A stretch of 64,000 bases of DNA from Bacteroidales bacterium (GTDB taxonomy: Bacteria > Bacteroidota > Bacteroidia > Bacteroidales > UBA932). Both the position numbers and the translations under genes were made by a program. The DNA is taken from the NCBI GenBank assembly GCA_017546585.1, contig JAFYWC010000098.1:360-64359 (forward strand), read 5' to 3'. The notes under the pieces were generated by a model. It ran no database searches. It had not been told where the DNA came from and worked only from the letters and a program-made list of their open reading frames with translations. Positions 7,414 through 17,661 of the stretch are shown in pieces; position 1 is the first letter of the stretch; the number at the start of each line of letters is the position of its first letter.

Positions 7414-7824
7414 GTGGTCAATCTGCATGAAAAGCTTGTGGCTGAGCACTATCGCGGACAACGTCTTTTCAACGATGAAGTATGTCTAGATCTGGATAAA
7501 TATGAAAAGCTGGTTCATCAGAATCGGCAGAACTCATCTGTAGACTTTCTGGTCGCCCTGGAAAATGATTGGCTACTTCTTGTTGAGGCAAAACTTAAAG
7601 TTGTTTCCATCACGGCTAAATTGGCAAAGGAGATCATTGAGAAATATGATAACTCCCGCCAGCTTATTCGATGTGATTCATATGTACACGAAATCAATAG
7701 CCTTCCAATACTGCTTCGAGATACAGATTTTCAGCAGAACAGACGAAAGCTAATGACCTATCTGAATGGAAGTCCTGTCTATGCACCGATGAAAGTTAGC
7801 GAATTCAGGGAAAAATATTTTTAG
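7414..7824 (+). CDS. Hypothetical protein with a PD-(D/E)xK nuclease-like motif, possibly 5'-truncated
   Basis: SVDFLV...LLLVEAK motif; the frame is open from 7384 (TRISFPKNKC) but has no ATG, only GTG. Confidence 0.45.
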   Translation: MVNLHEKLVAEHYRGQRLFNDEVCLDLDKYEKLVHQNRQNSSVDFLVALENDWLLLVEAKLKVVSITAKLAKEIIEKYDNSRQLIRCDSYVHEINSLPILLRDTDFQQNRRKLMTYLNGSPVYAPMKVSEFREKYF

Positions 7825-8303
7825 TTTCATGATTTTTTATTCATCAACTGATATTTATATATAAACAGTCGATTATGATTGAAATATATAAAGAAAGATT
7901 CAACTTTGAATACTCTCTACAGTTGATGAATCGTATGAGAGCGTTGAAGCTTATGCCATAGTTTTGGCTGATTTCATCTAAACTATCATTTCTGATAGTG
8001 GTCTGAATAGGTAATATCTGTGAGTACGCATTTTAAAAGCTGTATGTGATATTATGTGCTGAGAATGTCATCGTCCTACCAATGTCAATTGGCAGGACGA
8101 TGAACTATTGAGTGGAGGATTCCTCTAAATAGGGATAGTCATTTGATTCATTCAATCTGAGTTAACCGGCAGACTTTCCCATATTTTCCCGATCAAACTC
8201 ATCACTTTTTATATTATCGGCTCTGGTTTCATGGCCGATTTTTCATTTTACAGTCACGTGTGGAGCCACCACTACCGTAAAGTCACGTTCCACGCGTGGA
8301 ACA

Positions 8304-8708
8304 TTAAGCAGCAAGAGCCAAACTTGGTGTTTCTCTTCGTGTGAGGCTGACCACATTTGCAGTGTGGATGTAGAAGAAGATCAGCATGATCTCTGTTGAC
8401 TTTATCCTCGTGGCTATCTTTCGCCGTCCGTAATGCTCCTTCTTAGTGCCGAACGAGTCTTCAATGGCTGTAGCTCTCACTTTGGCAAGTTCCTTCTTGG
8501 TAGCATTCTTCACCTCGTTCTTGCCTGTCCTACCTTTCTGAATGAAGGAGGTCTCAATACCATTCTCCTTGCAGAAAGTTCTGTTGCCGTTTCCGGAGTA
8601 GCTCTGGTCACCACCGATCTTTTTCGCTGGAACTCCTGTCAGCTTCTCAGGCAGAGATGCCCAATGCTTCAATCTTGTGCCCTCACTGAAGGTGGCAGAG
8701 TTTGGCAT
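8304..8708 (-). pseudogene. C-terminal remnant of an IS5-family transposase
   Basis: EGTRLKH...KKIGGDQSY...RATAIEDSFGTKKEHYG...IFFYIHTAN matches the tail of Bacteroidales IS5-type transposases; the N-terminal two-thirds are absent. Confidence 0.75.
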
Positions 8709-8889
8709 AATGGGTGAAGTTGTATATTTCCTTACAAAGGAAAGAATTAAATCAGTTTCTGCTGTTACTTTTCTGTAGGGCTTAATCTCATTTGCGCTGT
8801 TATGGAGATTCCGATAATATACTGATGCTGAGTGAGTCGCCCTTATGGATGTGTCGGAGAGGTTTTGTTAAAAAAATGATAAATTTTTC

Positions 8890-8921
8890 TTTGGTGTTTT
8901 GGTTTTTTCACTCTACCTTTG
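8890..8921 (+). promoter_or_regulatory. Bacteroidota promoter for the pilin cluster
   Basis: TTTG (8890-8893) - 20 nt - TACCTTTG (8914-8921), matching TTTG-N19-21-TAnnTTTG. Confidence 0.75.
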
Positions 8922-9037
8922 CAAATTGATATGGTTTGTTTAATCGGGCGTTTTAAAAGACAACTTTTTGAGGCGAGAGAATGAAGTCCGTAAACAGATC
9001 ACAGTGTGTTGAAAGAAATAATAAAGGAGATATAAAA

Positions 9038-9253
9038 ATGAAGAAACAGATGAAAAGAACTGTTTATGAAGCACCGGTCACCGAGCGCTTCAGCGTGGAG
9101 CTGGAGGGAGGTTTCATGTCGGCGTCGATAATGGAAGATACTAAGCATAGTAGTGGGGTGGAGACTACATCGCAGGGCTTTGAGGAACTCAGCGGAAATG
9201 CATGGAATGAGAATGGTAGCGCGAATGCAAACTCAAATATCAGTTGGGACTAA
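9038..9253 (+). CDS. Small YxxP-type peptide (71 aa) preceding a pilin gene
   Basis: MKKQMKRTVYEAPVTERFSVELEGGFMSAS...ISWD; ATG at 9038 after an A-rich leader; same pattern as 14808-14951. Confidence 0.7.
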   Translation: MKKQMKRTVYEAPVTERFSVELEGGFMSASIMEDTKHSSGVETTSQGFEELSGNAWNENGSANANSNISWD

Positions 9254-9276
9254 CATATAATCAGGGAAAAGTTATT

Positions 9277-11931
9277 ATGAAGAACATTTATAAATCAATT
9301 GCCCTGATTTGTATGGGGCTCGCAAGTGTTGCATGTGTCGAGGAGAACCTCGAACCGAACAACGGAAGGTATGACACCACTCCGGGTAATGATATTCAGT
9401 TCACTGCAATAGCGCAGATGGATAATATTGACACAAAGACTGTATATGGTGGCACTTCCGATACAGACAAGGATGGTAACTTGGATAAGATTGACATCAA
9501 CTGGGCTCAGGGTGACCGTATCCAGATCGCGTCTCTTGAGGCAGCTGGTGAGCAGAACGCTGAGTATGCAGTAGGCTTTGAAGAAAAGGGTGATAATTAC
9601 ACAGGTTCTCACTCTGCAACTTCGCTTAACAAGACTGGTGACGCCGCACTTCAGTGGTCTTCGTCAAATCACTATGAGTTCTATGCCATGTATCCATCTC
9701 CAGCTTCGTTAACCACAGCGGAGGAGCGTAAAAATACTGCTCTTACCATTACTGAATCTGAAAAGAAGATGACAGCTTGGATACCGGTGACGCAGTATAG
9801 TGAAAATCGCTCTACTCCAGGAACAGGAAGCCAGGTTATTCAGCCAAACATGAACTATGCGATCATGCATGCATATTCTGAGTATGACAAGGTTGATGCA
9901 AATGGCAAGGAGAATACAGAAGGCATATCTCTTCAGTTCGAGGCAGCTGTAACTGCGCTTCAGTTTGATATTACAGCAAATACTATTGAGCAGAATAGTA
10001 CGAATAGTTCGATCACAATCAAATCCCTTACCTTGAAGTCAGGGTCAGGAAGAGATATCGTTGGTAAATTCACCTATGACTTTTCTAATAAGACTTATGC
10101 TGTTGCGAATACTTCTACAGGATATAATCAGGCAACATTGTTTTTCGGTGAGGGCTACACTTTAATAGCAGGTCAAAGTCTTGATGTCACATTCTTTCTG
10201 CTTCCTCAGGACATTCCTGCAGGAGACTTAAGTTTGCAGATATGGTTCTCTATAGGTTCTCAGACGCAATCTGTTGTGCGTACTGCGACCATTAAAAATG
10301 CCATTCAAGCCCGAAAGAAATATCGATATAATGATATGCTGATGCCAGAACTCACTACAGATGTCGAGGGATCAAACTGGGGTTCTGCACTGGATAATCA
10401 GATTTATCTTACCCAGCTTTCTGTCCCTGTCGCTGGAAATGCCTTTTCGTCATATTACACGGGAGACTCTCAACAATATAATAAAGAGCAGGTATTGGAC
10501 TATAAGGCACTTTGGAATATAGGAGTTCGAGGATTTGAGTTTAAGACTGCTCAGGGATATACTCCAGCAAATAATTCATCGAATCGAAACTATAAGCGTG
10601 AGAATACCGTAGCCGAAGAGTACTTTGTTACCAACGGACAGGAAATGACAGGAGGACCGACGTTTGATACGGCGTTTACATATCTTGCATCGCAGCTCTT
10701 GAACCCTGCTTATGCACAGGAGTTTCTGGTTATAATTGCAACCTATCAATCATATACAGGATGTGGTGCGTATTCTCCTCAAGAATATGTGAATGACCTT
10801 GAGGCGTATTTCAGGGATAAAGGAAATATTACATTCACTACAGAAGATGGTAAATCAATAACTAAAAATGTCTGGAATGAGATGATAGTAAAACTATCCT
10901 CAAATTCCATTGTAGGTGACTTGAAGGGTAAGATTGCTGTAATCGTGCGCCCAGGAGATGATGAGTTCCTCGCCTATGCCGATCAAACACTTACATTACC
11001 AACAGATTCGAAGCTAATGTATGTAAACAACTGGGGAACTTCAGTTGACTGCTGGGATAGAAGGTTCCCTGGATACAATCGCCAGATGGTATTTGGTAGA
11101 GGATCTGCTGAAACATATGTCGAGAATGCTTTATATGCCGTTTCTTCTGATGATGAGAATTTGACAACCACATCTTCGAACACTGTTGCGTTTAAAGACA
11201 CATATCCTTCTGATAATTCTCATAATGATGAATTGTTCAAGTTCAATAACGGAACGTATTTTATTCAAGAGTTTGCACGAGTTTCTCCTAAAAATGATAA
11301 GCTCCAGAAAGGATTTTATTCTAATGTAAGTGATTACACAGGTCTCCTTAATCGTACATATCGTTACTTATGGGTGCGATGGCCAGAGTCTTATTCAGAA
11401 AAGACTAAAATGATTGATTATACCTTGGATAAATCAATGTCAACTATTGGTCAGACCACTTCGACTCCGTTGTTTATCAATTCATTAGCTGGTTATTATA
11501 TTACTGAAAAGCACCAATACTCATATTTGCCATATGCAGGCCAATATTCCATAGGAAGTTATGATTTTTCATGTAATAATGCAGGTATGGGTGGTGACAT
11601 TGCAGGACTTGCGGGAGACCTGAACTACTACCTTTATGATAAGCTCCTTAAAGCCGAGCAATATCATCAGCAGGGACCGCTTGGTCTTATTATTATGAAC
11701 TACATTGGTGCATCTGCAGATGATTTTGGAAAGTCAGAGTATTCTCAAGGTGAGACCTGGGCGTCGAATGCAGAGTTAGCTTCGGCGGCACTCCCTTACA
11801 TGATCCTGATGAATAACTTCAAGTTCCCTTTGACTCAGGCTCCTGCAGACCCAACTACTTTGGGTACAGTAACGGTGTCTGACTTCGACAACAGTTACCT
11901 CAACGGAGGTGAGGCGATAAGTTTCGAGTAG
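9277..11931 (+). CDS. Fimbrillin-family lipoprotein with a C-terminal PI-PLC-like TIM-barrel domain
   Basis: Start MKNIYK, lipobox SVAC, pilin motifs TKTVY...INWAQGDRI and YEFYAMYP; then WGSALDNQIYLTQLSVP...GVRGFEFK, resembling the start of the PI-PLC X-domain. Confidence 0.75.
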   Translation: MKNIYKSIALICMGLASVACVEENLEPNNGRYDTTPGNDIQFTAIAQMDNIDTKTVYGGTSDTDKDGNLDKIDINWAQGDRIQIASLEAAGEQNAEYAVGFEEKGDNYTGSHSATSLNKTGDAALQWSSSNHYEFYAMYPSPASLTTAEERKNTALTITESEKKMTAWIPVTQYSENRSTPGTGSQVIQPNMNYAIMHAYSEYDKVDANGKENTEGISLQFEAAVTALQFDITANTIEQNSTNSSITIKSLTLKSGSGRDIVGKFTYDFSNKTYAVANTSTGYNQATLFFGEGYTLIAGQSLDVTFFLLPQDIPAGDLSLQIWFSIGSQTQSVVRTATIKNAIQARKKYRYNDMLMPELTTDVEGSNWGSALDNQIYLTQLSVPVAGNAFSSYYTGDSQQYNKEQVLDYKALWNIGVRGFEFKTAQGYTPANNSSNRNYKRENTVAEEYFVTNGQEMTGGPTFDTAFTYLASQLLNPAYAQEFLVIIATYQSYTGCGAYSPQEYVNDLEAYFRDKGNITFTTEDGKSITKNVWNEMIVKLSSNSIVGDLKGKIAVIVRPGDDEFLAYADQTLTLPTDSKLMYVNNWGTSVDCWDRRFPGYNRQMVFGRGSAETYVENALYAVSSDDENLTTTSSNTVAFKDTYPSDNSHNDELFKFNNGTYFIQEFARVSPKNDKLQKGFYSNVSDYTGLLNRTYRYLWVRWPESYSEKTKMIDYTLDKSMSTIGQTTSTPLFINSLAGYYITEKHQYSYLPYAGQYSIGSYDFSCNNAGMGGDIAGLAGDLNYYLYDKLLKAEQYHQQGPLGLIIMNYIGASADDFGKSEYSQGETWASNAELASAALPYMILMNNFKFPLTQAPADPTTLGTVTVSDFDNSYLNGGEAISFE

Positions 11932-12062
11932 GGTGATTTAAGATAAAAGTGAAACGTAAGTCTTTTGACTTGAGGACTTAAAGAACAAAATTAATTATTG
12001 TGTGTGTTGAAGGATCCTTACATGGCGTGAGGATCCGGATGCACACACTTTGGATTATAAAT

Positions 12063-14786
12063 ATGAAACAGTTTAGATTCTTAATCTTTTTTATGGCGAT
12101 TGCGGCAGGGACTGCTGTGATCGGATGTACGGAGGAGATGGATGATCCGGCTCTGTACACTCAGACCATCAGGGCAGTGCTGAATGACGGGTCATTGGAG
12201 ACCCGTACCTGTGTCGCCGAGGGTGACAGCGGTATGGAAGGCATCATGTGGACATCCGGAGATGCCATTGGCGTATATACCGCTTCAGGTAAGGAGAACG
12301 CACAGTTCAAGACATCCATAACCTCTCCTGCCGGAGATGCCGACTTCACAGGCACCTTTACAGGAACTGCAGCTTACGCCTATTATCCTTACAGCGGCTC
12401 AAATGACGGCAGGAGTACCATCAGCGGCACTCTTCCGCTGACTCAGGAGTATTCATCTACTACCGGAGTTCTGCCATACGATTACAAATTAGGAAAGCCT
12501 AAGAGCGGTGCAAATAACCAATTTGCGTTTGAGCATCTGTTCCCGCTTCTTCGTTTCACCGTTGATGCGGAGGGAACTGCGCTTGAAGGCAAGAAACTGG
12601 AAAGTGTTACAGTGACATTTCCTTCTCAGATAAGCGGAGGTACGTTTTCAGTCCCTGTAAGTGGAGGGAATATTACTTGGAGTGCTACAGAGCAAGGTGA
12701 TGTGCTTACATTGAATTGGAGCGACAAGCCTGTGCTGAAGAAAGGCGAGACAGTTTTCGGATACCTTGCCTGTCCTCCTGTAAACGGTCTTTCCGGTAAG
12801 ACCATCAAGGTGACTGTCGTTACGGAAGAATATCAGGCAGAGTTCAGCGCGGCATTGAAAATCAGTGCTTTCGTCGCTAATACCGCATATACATTCCCTC
12901 TCAAGCTTGCAGCGTGGAAGAATGTGACAGATTCTGGTTATAAGGAAATTGACCGTATTGAGCCAGCAGAGGCTCCGGTTATTACGAAGCTTACATTCAC
13001 CCCTGAGAAGAACACCGGCAAGATCCTTTCAATGGAGCTTCATTATGATGAGAGTGGCGCTGACGGTCTTTATACCAAGACACGTAAGGCTACTGCGCCA
13101 TCATTCACTCCTGCAGACGGCAAGATAACAGGATGCATTCTCTATCTTAACAATCGAAACCTCGTACCGGATCTTGAGTATACCGAAGGTGCAACTGTTT
13201 CATACAGCGTGAACGGTGGTGACTTCGTGAACTGGAACGGTACCTCGACGATTGATTTCATCAAGGGTACGGTACTTCGCGTCACAAAGGGTGGCCTTTC
13301 GACAGACTATGTGTGTGAGTTCACTAATTCTGGACTTCCTGTGGTGGTAATCAACCAGAATGAGGGAAACACTAATTGGGAGCAGGTAGGCTTCAAAGTT
13401 CACTCTAAAGACACAAACTTCGACGACGTAATGAGAGAAGACGGTTTTGCTATATACAATGCAGACGGAACTTCTGCTCTAAAGAATAGTGACGGCGTAT
13501 TCGTTGATGGTCCCGTAAAGGCTGCGGCGCGTCTCCGTGGAAATACGACGCTCAATTACCCTAAGAAGCCGTTTGCCGTGAAGTTCGACAAGAAGCACAG
13601 CTTCAGCATTAATATCAGCAAGGCTGACGGTTCGAAAAGCATATTTGAGATGCCTGCCCACAAGCGCTGGGTCCTTCTTGCCAACTGGAAGGACAAGTCT
13701 CTGATGTGCAACCATGTAGCATTTGGTATAGCCAACACGTTCGTAAGCAAGTTCAAGAACAATCAGAATCCTGGCATGCTATGGAATCCCCATGGCGAGT
13801 TCGTTGAAGTCATCTATAATGGTGTCCATATCGGCAATTACTATCTTTGCGAGCAGATCAAGATCGACGAAGGCAGACTCAACATCAATCCCCCATATGA
13901 CGAGACCTCTGCTCTCACGGAGGAGGCCCTGGCCAAAATCGGAATTCTCATCGAGTGTGACGATGCATATGACGAGGGGGAAAACGGTCAGTTCATATCG
14001 AAGCATTATATTCCGATGATGCTGAAGGATGCCGGAGATGCCGGTAACGTGATCCTTAATCATGTGAAGACAAAGGTCACCAACATAGAGGACAATCTTC
14101 TTAAAAATACAAGCGCGGGATATACTGTAGCATATAAGTATATCGATATCTATTCTTTTGCAGATATGCTTTTGGTATATGAACTTGCAATGAACTCCGA
14201 GATGGCCCATCCGAAGAGTGCATACATGTACATCGACGGAGGCGGAAAGCTCTGCGCGGGCCCTGTATGGGACTTCGACTGGTCTTCGTTCCCGAACAAC
14301 GACCTGATCTACAAGAACTTCGATCGCTCGTGGGACAGGGACTACGCGCAGTCGTTGATGGCAACGAAAAGCCATAAGAATAAGCATTACTATAGCAACA
14401 GTTATCCATCTAAACTTATTTCTGACGTCCCATATTTGTGGTACCCAATGCTTGTAAAAGACCAGACATTCAAGGATGTATTGGCAGAGCGATGGAATGC
14501 GGTAAGCGGAGACCTCAAGACTTATGCGTCAGAAATAACCGCGACAGCAAAGAGGATTGCCGTTTCTTGGGAATATAACAACAGTATATGGCCGGCTTAT
14601 CATTCTACCAACAAACGCTCCGAGGTGAACGGATCATCGATTGCGTTCCGTGGCGACGAGTTGATGTCAAGCTGGCAGAAGGTATATGAAAATCTTTACA
14701 ATATATATATGACCAGACTTGAGAATATGGATACATTTGTAGGACTCGATAAAAACTGGCCTGAATGGACAATTTCCAAGAAATAA
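12063..14786 (+). CDS. Fimbrillin-family lipoprotein fused to a CotH kinase-like domain (paralog 1)
   Basis: Start MKQFRF, lipobox VIGC, ETRT...WTSGDAIGVY, YAYYPY; CotH motifs RGNTT...KKPFAVK, WVLLANWKD, GNYYLCEQIK and GPVWDFD. Confidence 0.85.
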   Translation: MKQFRFLIFFMAIAAGTAVIGCTEEMDDPALYTQTIRAVLNDGSLETRTCVAEGDSGMEGIMWTSGDAIGVYTASGKENAQFKTSITSPAGDADFTGTFTGTAAYAYYPYSGSNDGRSTISGTLPLTQEYSSTTGVLPYDYKLGKPKSGANNQFAFEHLFPLLRFTVDAEGTALEGKKLESVTVTFPSQISGGTFSVPVSGGNITWSATEQGDVLTLNWSDKPVLKKGETVFGYLACPPVNGLSGKTIKVTVVTEEYQAEFSAALKISAFVANTAYTFPLKLAAWKNVTDSGYKEIDRIEPAEAPVITKLTFTPEKNTGKILSMELHYDESGADGLYTKTRKATAPSFTPADGKITGCILYLNNRNLVPDLEYTEGATVSYSVNGGDFVNWNGTSTIDFIKGTVLRVTKGGLSTDYVCEFTNSGLPVVVINQNEGNTNWEQVGFKVHSKDTNFDDVMREDGFAIYNADGTSALKNSDGVFVDGPVKAAARLRGNTTLNYPKKPFAVKFDKKHSFSINISKADGSKSIFEMPAHKRWVLLANWKDKSLMCNHVAFGIANTFVSKFKNNQNPGMLWNPHGEFVEVIYNGVHIGNYYLCEQIKIDEGRLNINPPYDETSALTEEALAKIGILIECDDAYDEGENGQFISKHYIPMMLKDAGDAGNVILNHVKTKVTNIEDNLLKNTSAGYTVAYKYIDIYSFADMLLVYELAMNSEMAHPKSAYMYIDGGGKLCAGPVWDFDWSSFPNNDLIYKNFDRSWDRDYAQSLMATKSHKNKHYYSNSYPSKLISDVPYLWYPMLVKDQTFKDVLAERWNAVSGDLKTYASEITATAKRIAVSWEYNNSIWPAYHSTNKRSEVNGSSIAFRGDELMSSWQKVYENLYNIYMTRLENMDTFVGLDKNWPEWTISKK

Positions 14787-14807
14787 TTGTGTGTAAACTA
14801 TACTAAG

Positions 14808-14951
14808 ATGGAAAGAAATGTTTTTGAAACCCTCGGAGAGGGAATTTATGAAACTCCGTCAGTGAGTGTTGTGGAACTTGATCTTGAAGGCGTGCTTTGC
14901 GCAAGCGGCATCACCGAGGAGTGGGAAGAGGGCGTATTGCCTGAAGATTAA
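14808..14951 (+). CDS. Small YxxP-type peptide (47 aa, not in the ORF track)
   Basis: Hand translation MERNVFETLGEGIYETPSVSVVELDLEGVLCASGITEEWEEGVLPED*; fills the gap between CotH paralogs 1 and 2. Confidence 0.8.
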   Translation: MERNVFETLGEGIYETPSVSVVELDLEGVLCASGITEEWEEGVLPED

Positions 14952-14971
14952 CATTATAACCTGTACGGAAG

Positions 14972-17620
14972 ATGAGAAGGATATACTTGTATGCAACGGC
15001 GGCTGTTGCCGCTATTGCTGCCGTGTCGTGTGCCTTTGATGAGTACGACGACTATCAGAAGGAGGGTGCGACAGTGGTGTTCACTGCGTCCATTGGTGAG
15101 GAGGAAACTAAGGCTGAGCTCGGAACGAGCGAAAGCGGCAAGCCTCAGACTATGTGGACTGACGGTGACAAGATAACAATTCATAACGGTACAAAGGGTT
15201 TTGAGTTTGTGACCGAACTTGAGGAGGCGGCTCCGAGGGCAGATTTCACTTATGTCGGCAATGATTTCAGCGCTGACAATGGTGTGATTGCCGTTTACCC
15301 TTCGGGTGAATACGAGGCTGACCTCGCGGAGAGGACCGTAACTCTGAACATCCCGTCTGTGCAGACAGCGACCGAGGGTACATTCGACCCTGCTGCTGGA
15401 GTGCTTGCTGCTTATACCGAGAGCGGTAGCACTAATATGACCTTCAGGAATGCTGCGGCTCTCATCAAGTTCAGCGTTAAGACCGAGGGTGTCAAGAGCG
15501 TGGTGCTCAGCGGCCTTGGCAAAGAGGCTGTGTGCGGAGAGACCGTTGTGGCATTCGACGAGGATGGCGGCATTGTATCCGTCGCTCCGAAGGCGGATGG
15601 TGCAGCAGGTACTGTCGTTGAGCTCACAGCTGCAGGAAGCGGCAAGCTCGCTACTGGAAAGACTTACTATATGGCTGTTGCTCCTGGTTCGTTCCCGAAA
15701 GGTTTCACAGTATATGTCAAATACAGTGCCGACGGCGAGATGCATATGGTGAAGGGCTATACAAAGCCGTATGATCTTGCAAGGAACTTCATACTTAATC
15801 TTGGTGAGTTCACCGTGCGTGAGCTTCCTGTGATCAGTTCGCTGTCATTCACTGCGGCGGCCAATTCCGGTAAGATTCTTTCAAAGGAGCTTTACTATGA
15901 CCCGAACGGCAGCGGCGGCACGTGGACAAAGTACAAGGATGCTAAGGATCCAGTAATGACCGTCACTGACGGAAAGATCAGCGGCACGATACTATACTTG
16001 AACGACCGCAATCTTGTGCCTTCTGTTACATATACCGAGGGTGCGGTGCTTTCCTACAGTGTTGCGGGAGGGGACTTCACGAAGTGGGACGGTACATCTG
16101 CCATCGACTTCAGCACCGGAACTGTTCTCCGTGTGGCGAAGGACGGTATCTTCAACGACTATGTCTGCGAAATCACCAATTCGGGCCTTCCAGTGGTGGT
16201 CATCAACCAGCCTGGCGGTGACGTGAACTGGGCGCAGGTGGGTACTTCCGTATGGTCAAAGGACACTGACTTTGACAATGTTACTCCGGGAACCTTTGCC
16301 GTCTACAATGCTGACGGAACGTCAGCCCTGACTGACAAGGCCGATGCTCCTACAGGAGCGTCAGTTGCGGCTGCAGCCAGACTTCGTGGAAACACATCGT
16401 TGGACTTCCCTAAGAAGCCTTTCGCTGTGAAGCTTGACAGCAAGTCGGGTGTCCTGGGCATGAAGCCGCACAAGAGATGGGTTCTCCTTGCAAACTGGAA
16501 GGACAAGTCTCTTATGCGTAACCACGTGGCGTTCGGAATCGCTCAGAAGTTTACTGAGAAGTTCAAGAACAATGCTAATCCTGGAATTCCTTGGAATGTT
16601 CACGGTGAGTTTGTTGAACTGGTCTATAATGGTGTTCACGTAGGTAACTATTACCTCTGCGAGCAGATCAAGGTTGATGGAAACAGACTTGACATCAAGG
16701 ATCCTTACGATTCCAAGGACTATCCTGCCATAACAACAGCAGACTTGGACAACTTTGGCTATCTTATCGAGTGTGACGATAACTATGATGAGTCGGAGAA
16801 CGGTCAGTTCCTGTCGAAGCACTTCATCCCTGTGATGCTGAAGGATGCAGGTGACGCCGGAAAGGTGATCCTGAACTACGTGAAGACAAAGGTCACCAAC
16901 ATAGAGGACAATCTCTACAACGGAAACTACTCTGCTGCATACGATGATATTGACATCTATTCGTTCGCGGACATGCTTCTGATCTATGAGTTCGCGATGA
17001 ACTCGGAAATGGGCCATCCGAAGAGCGCATACATGTACATCGACGGAGGCGGTAAGCTCTGCGCGGGCCCTGTGTGGGACTTCGACTGGACTTCGTTCCC
17101 GAACAACACCCTGATCAAGCAGAACTTCGATTCGTCGTGGGACAGGTTGTACACTCAGTCGTTGATGGATACAGACAGCCATGAGAACCTTCATTACAGG
17201 TTCAAGGCAGGATGGCTCAGCAGTGCCACATATCCTTCTTCTGTAAAGAAGAACGATGTGCCGTACCTGTGGTATCCGATGCTGGTGAAGGATGCTACGT
17301 TCAAGAATGTCCTTGCAGAACGCTGGTCTGCAATCAGCGGAGAACTTTCGGATTATGCGAAAGAACTTATCAAGGATACAGCTGAAGAGATCGCTCTCTC
17401 ATGGGAATACAACAACAGCATCTGGCCTGCATACTACAGCTCGAACTGTGACCGTCAGGCGGCATTCAGCGGCGGATTCTGCGGTGACGAGCTGATGACC
17501 GACTTCGAGGATATCTATAAAAATCTCTATGCTGTGTATATGGAAAGGCTGTCGGGAATGAATACGTTCGTGGGCAACAAGACCTGGCCATCGTGGAGCA
17601 TAAAGACTGCAAGCAAATAA
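14972..17620 (+). CDS. Fimbrillin-family lipoprotein fused to a CotH kinase-like domain (paralog 2)
   Basis: Lipobox AVSC, ETKAEL...WTDGDKI; same CotH motifs as paralog 1. Confidence 0.85.
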   Translation: MRRIYLYATAAVAAIAAVSCAFDEYDDYQKEGATVVFTASIGEEETKAELGTSESGKPQTMWTDGDKITIHNGTKGFEFVTELEEAAPRADFTYVGNDFSADNGVIAVYPSGEYEADLAERTVTLNIPSVQTATEGTFDPAAGVLAAYTESGSTNMTFRNAAALIKFSVKTEGVKSVVLSGLGKEAVCGETVVAFDEDGGIVSVAPKADGAAGTVVELTAAGSGKLATGKTYYMAVAPGSFPKGFTVYVKYSADGEMHMVKGYTKPYDLARNFILNLGEFTVRELPVISSLSFTAAANSGKILSKELYYDPNGSGGTWTKYKDAKDPVMTVTDGKISGTILYLNDRNLVPSVTYTEGAVLSYSVAGGDFTKWDGTSAIDFSTGTVLRVAKDGIFNDYVCEITNSGLPVVVINQPGGDVNWAQVGTSVWSKDTDFDNVTPGTFAVYNADGTSALTDKADAPTGASVAAAARLRGNTSLDFPKKPFAVKLDSKSGVLGMKPHKRWVLLANWKDKSLMRNHVAFGIAQKFTEKFKNNANPGIPWNVHGEFVELVYNGVHVGNYYLCEQIKVDGNRLDIKDPYDSKDYPAITTADLDNFGYLIECDDNYDESENGQFLSKHFIPVMLKDAGDAGKVILNYVKTKVTNIEDNLYNGNYSAAYDDIDIYSFADMLLIYEFAMNSEMGHPKSAYMYIDGGGKLCAGPVWDFDWTSFPNNTLIKQNFDSSWDRLYTQSLMDTDSHENLHYRFKAGWLSSATYPSSVKKNDVPYLWYPMLVKDATFKNVLAERWSAISGELSDYAKELIKDTAEEIALSWEYNNSIWPAYYSSNCDRQAAFSGGFCGDELMTDFEDIYKNLYAVYMERLSGMNTFVGNKTWPSWSIKTASK

Positions 17621-17661
17621 AACATAAATAACATAACTACACACACTAATTCTATTTAATT

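Noticed and set aside
8068-8103. 16-bp-arm hairpin, and the palindrome GTTCCACGCGTGGAAC at 8288-8303
   Set aside because: Probably terminators or end structures of the decayed IS5; no independent evidence of another function.
12000-12048. Nested hairpin (GTGTGTG/CACACAC, GGATCCT/AGGATCC) between pilin genes
   Set aside because: Single copy with short stems; compatible with an ordinary mRNA-stabilising structure.
9038-14951. YxxP peptides as lasso-peptide precursors
   Set aside because: There is no lasso cyclase, B protease or RRE gene nearby, and the penultimate-Thr/Gly core pattern is missing.
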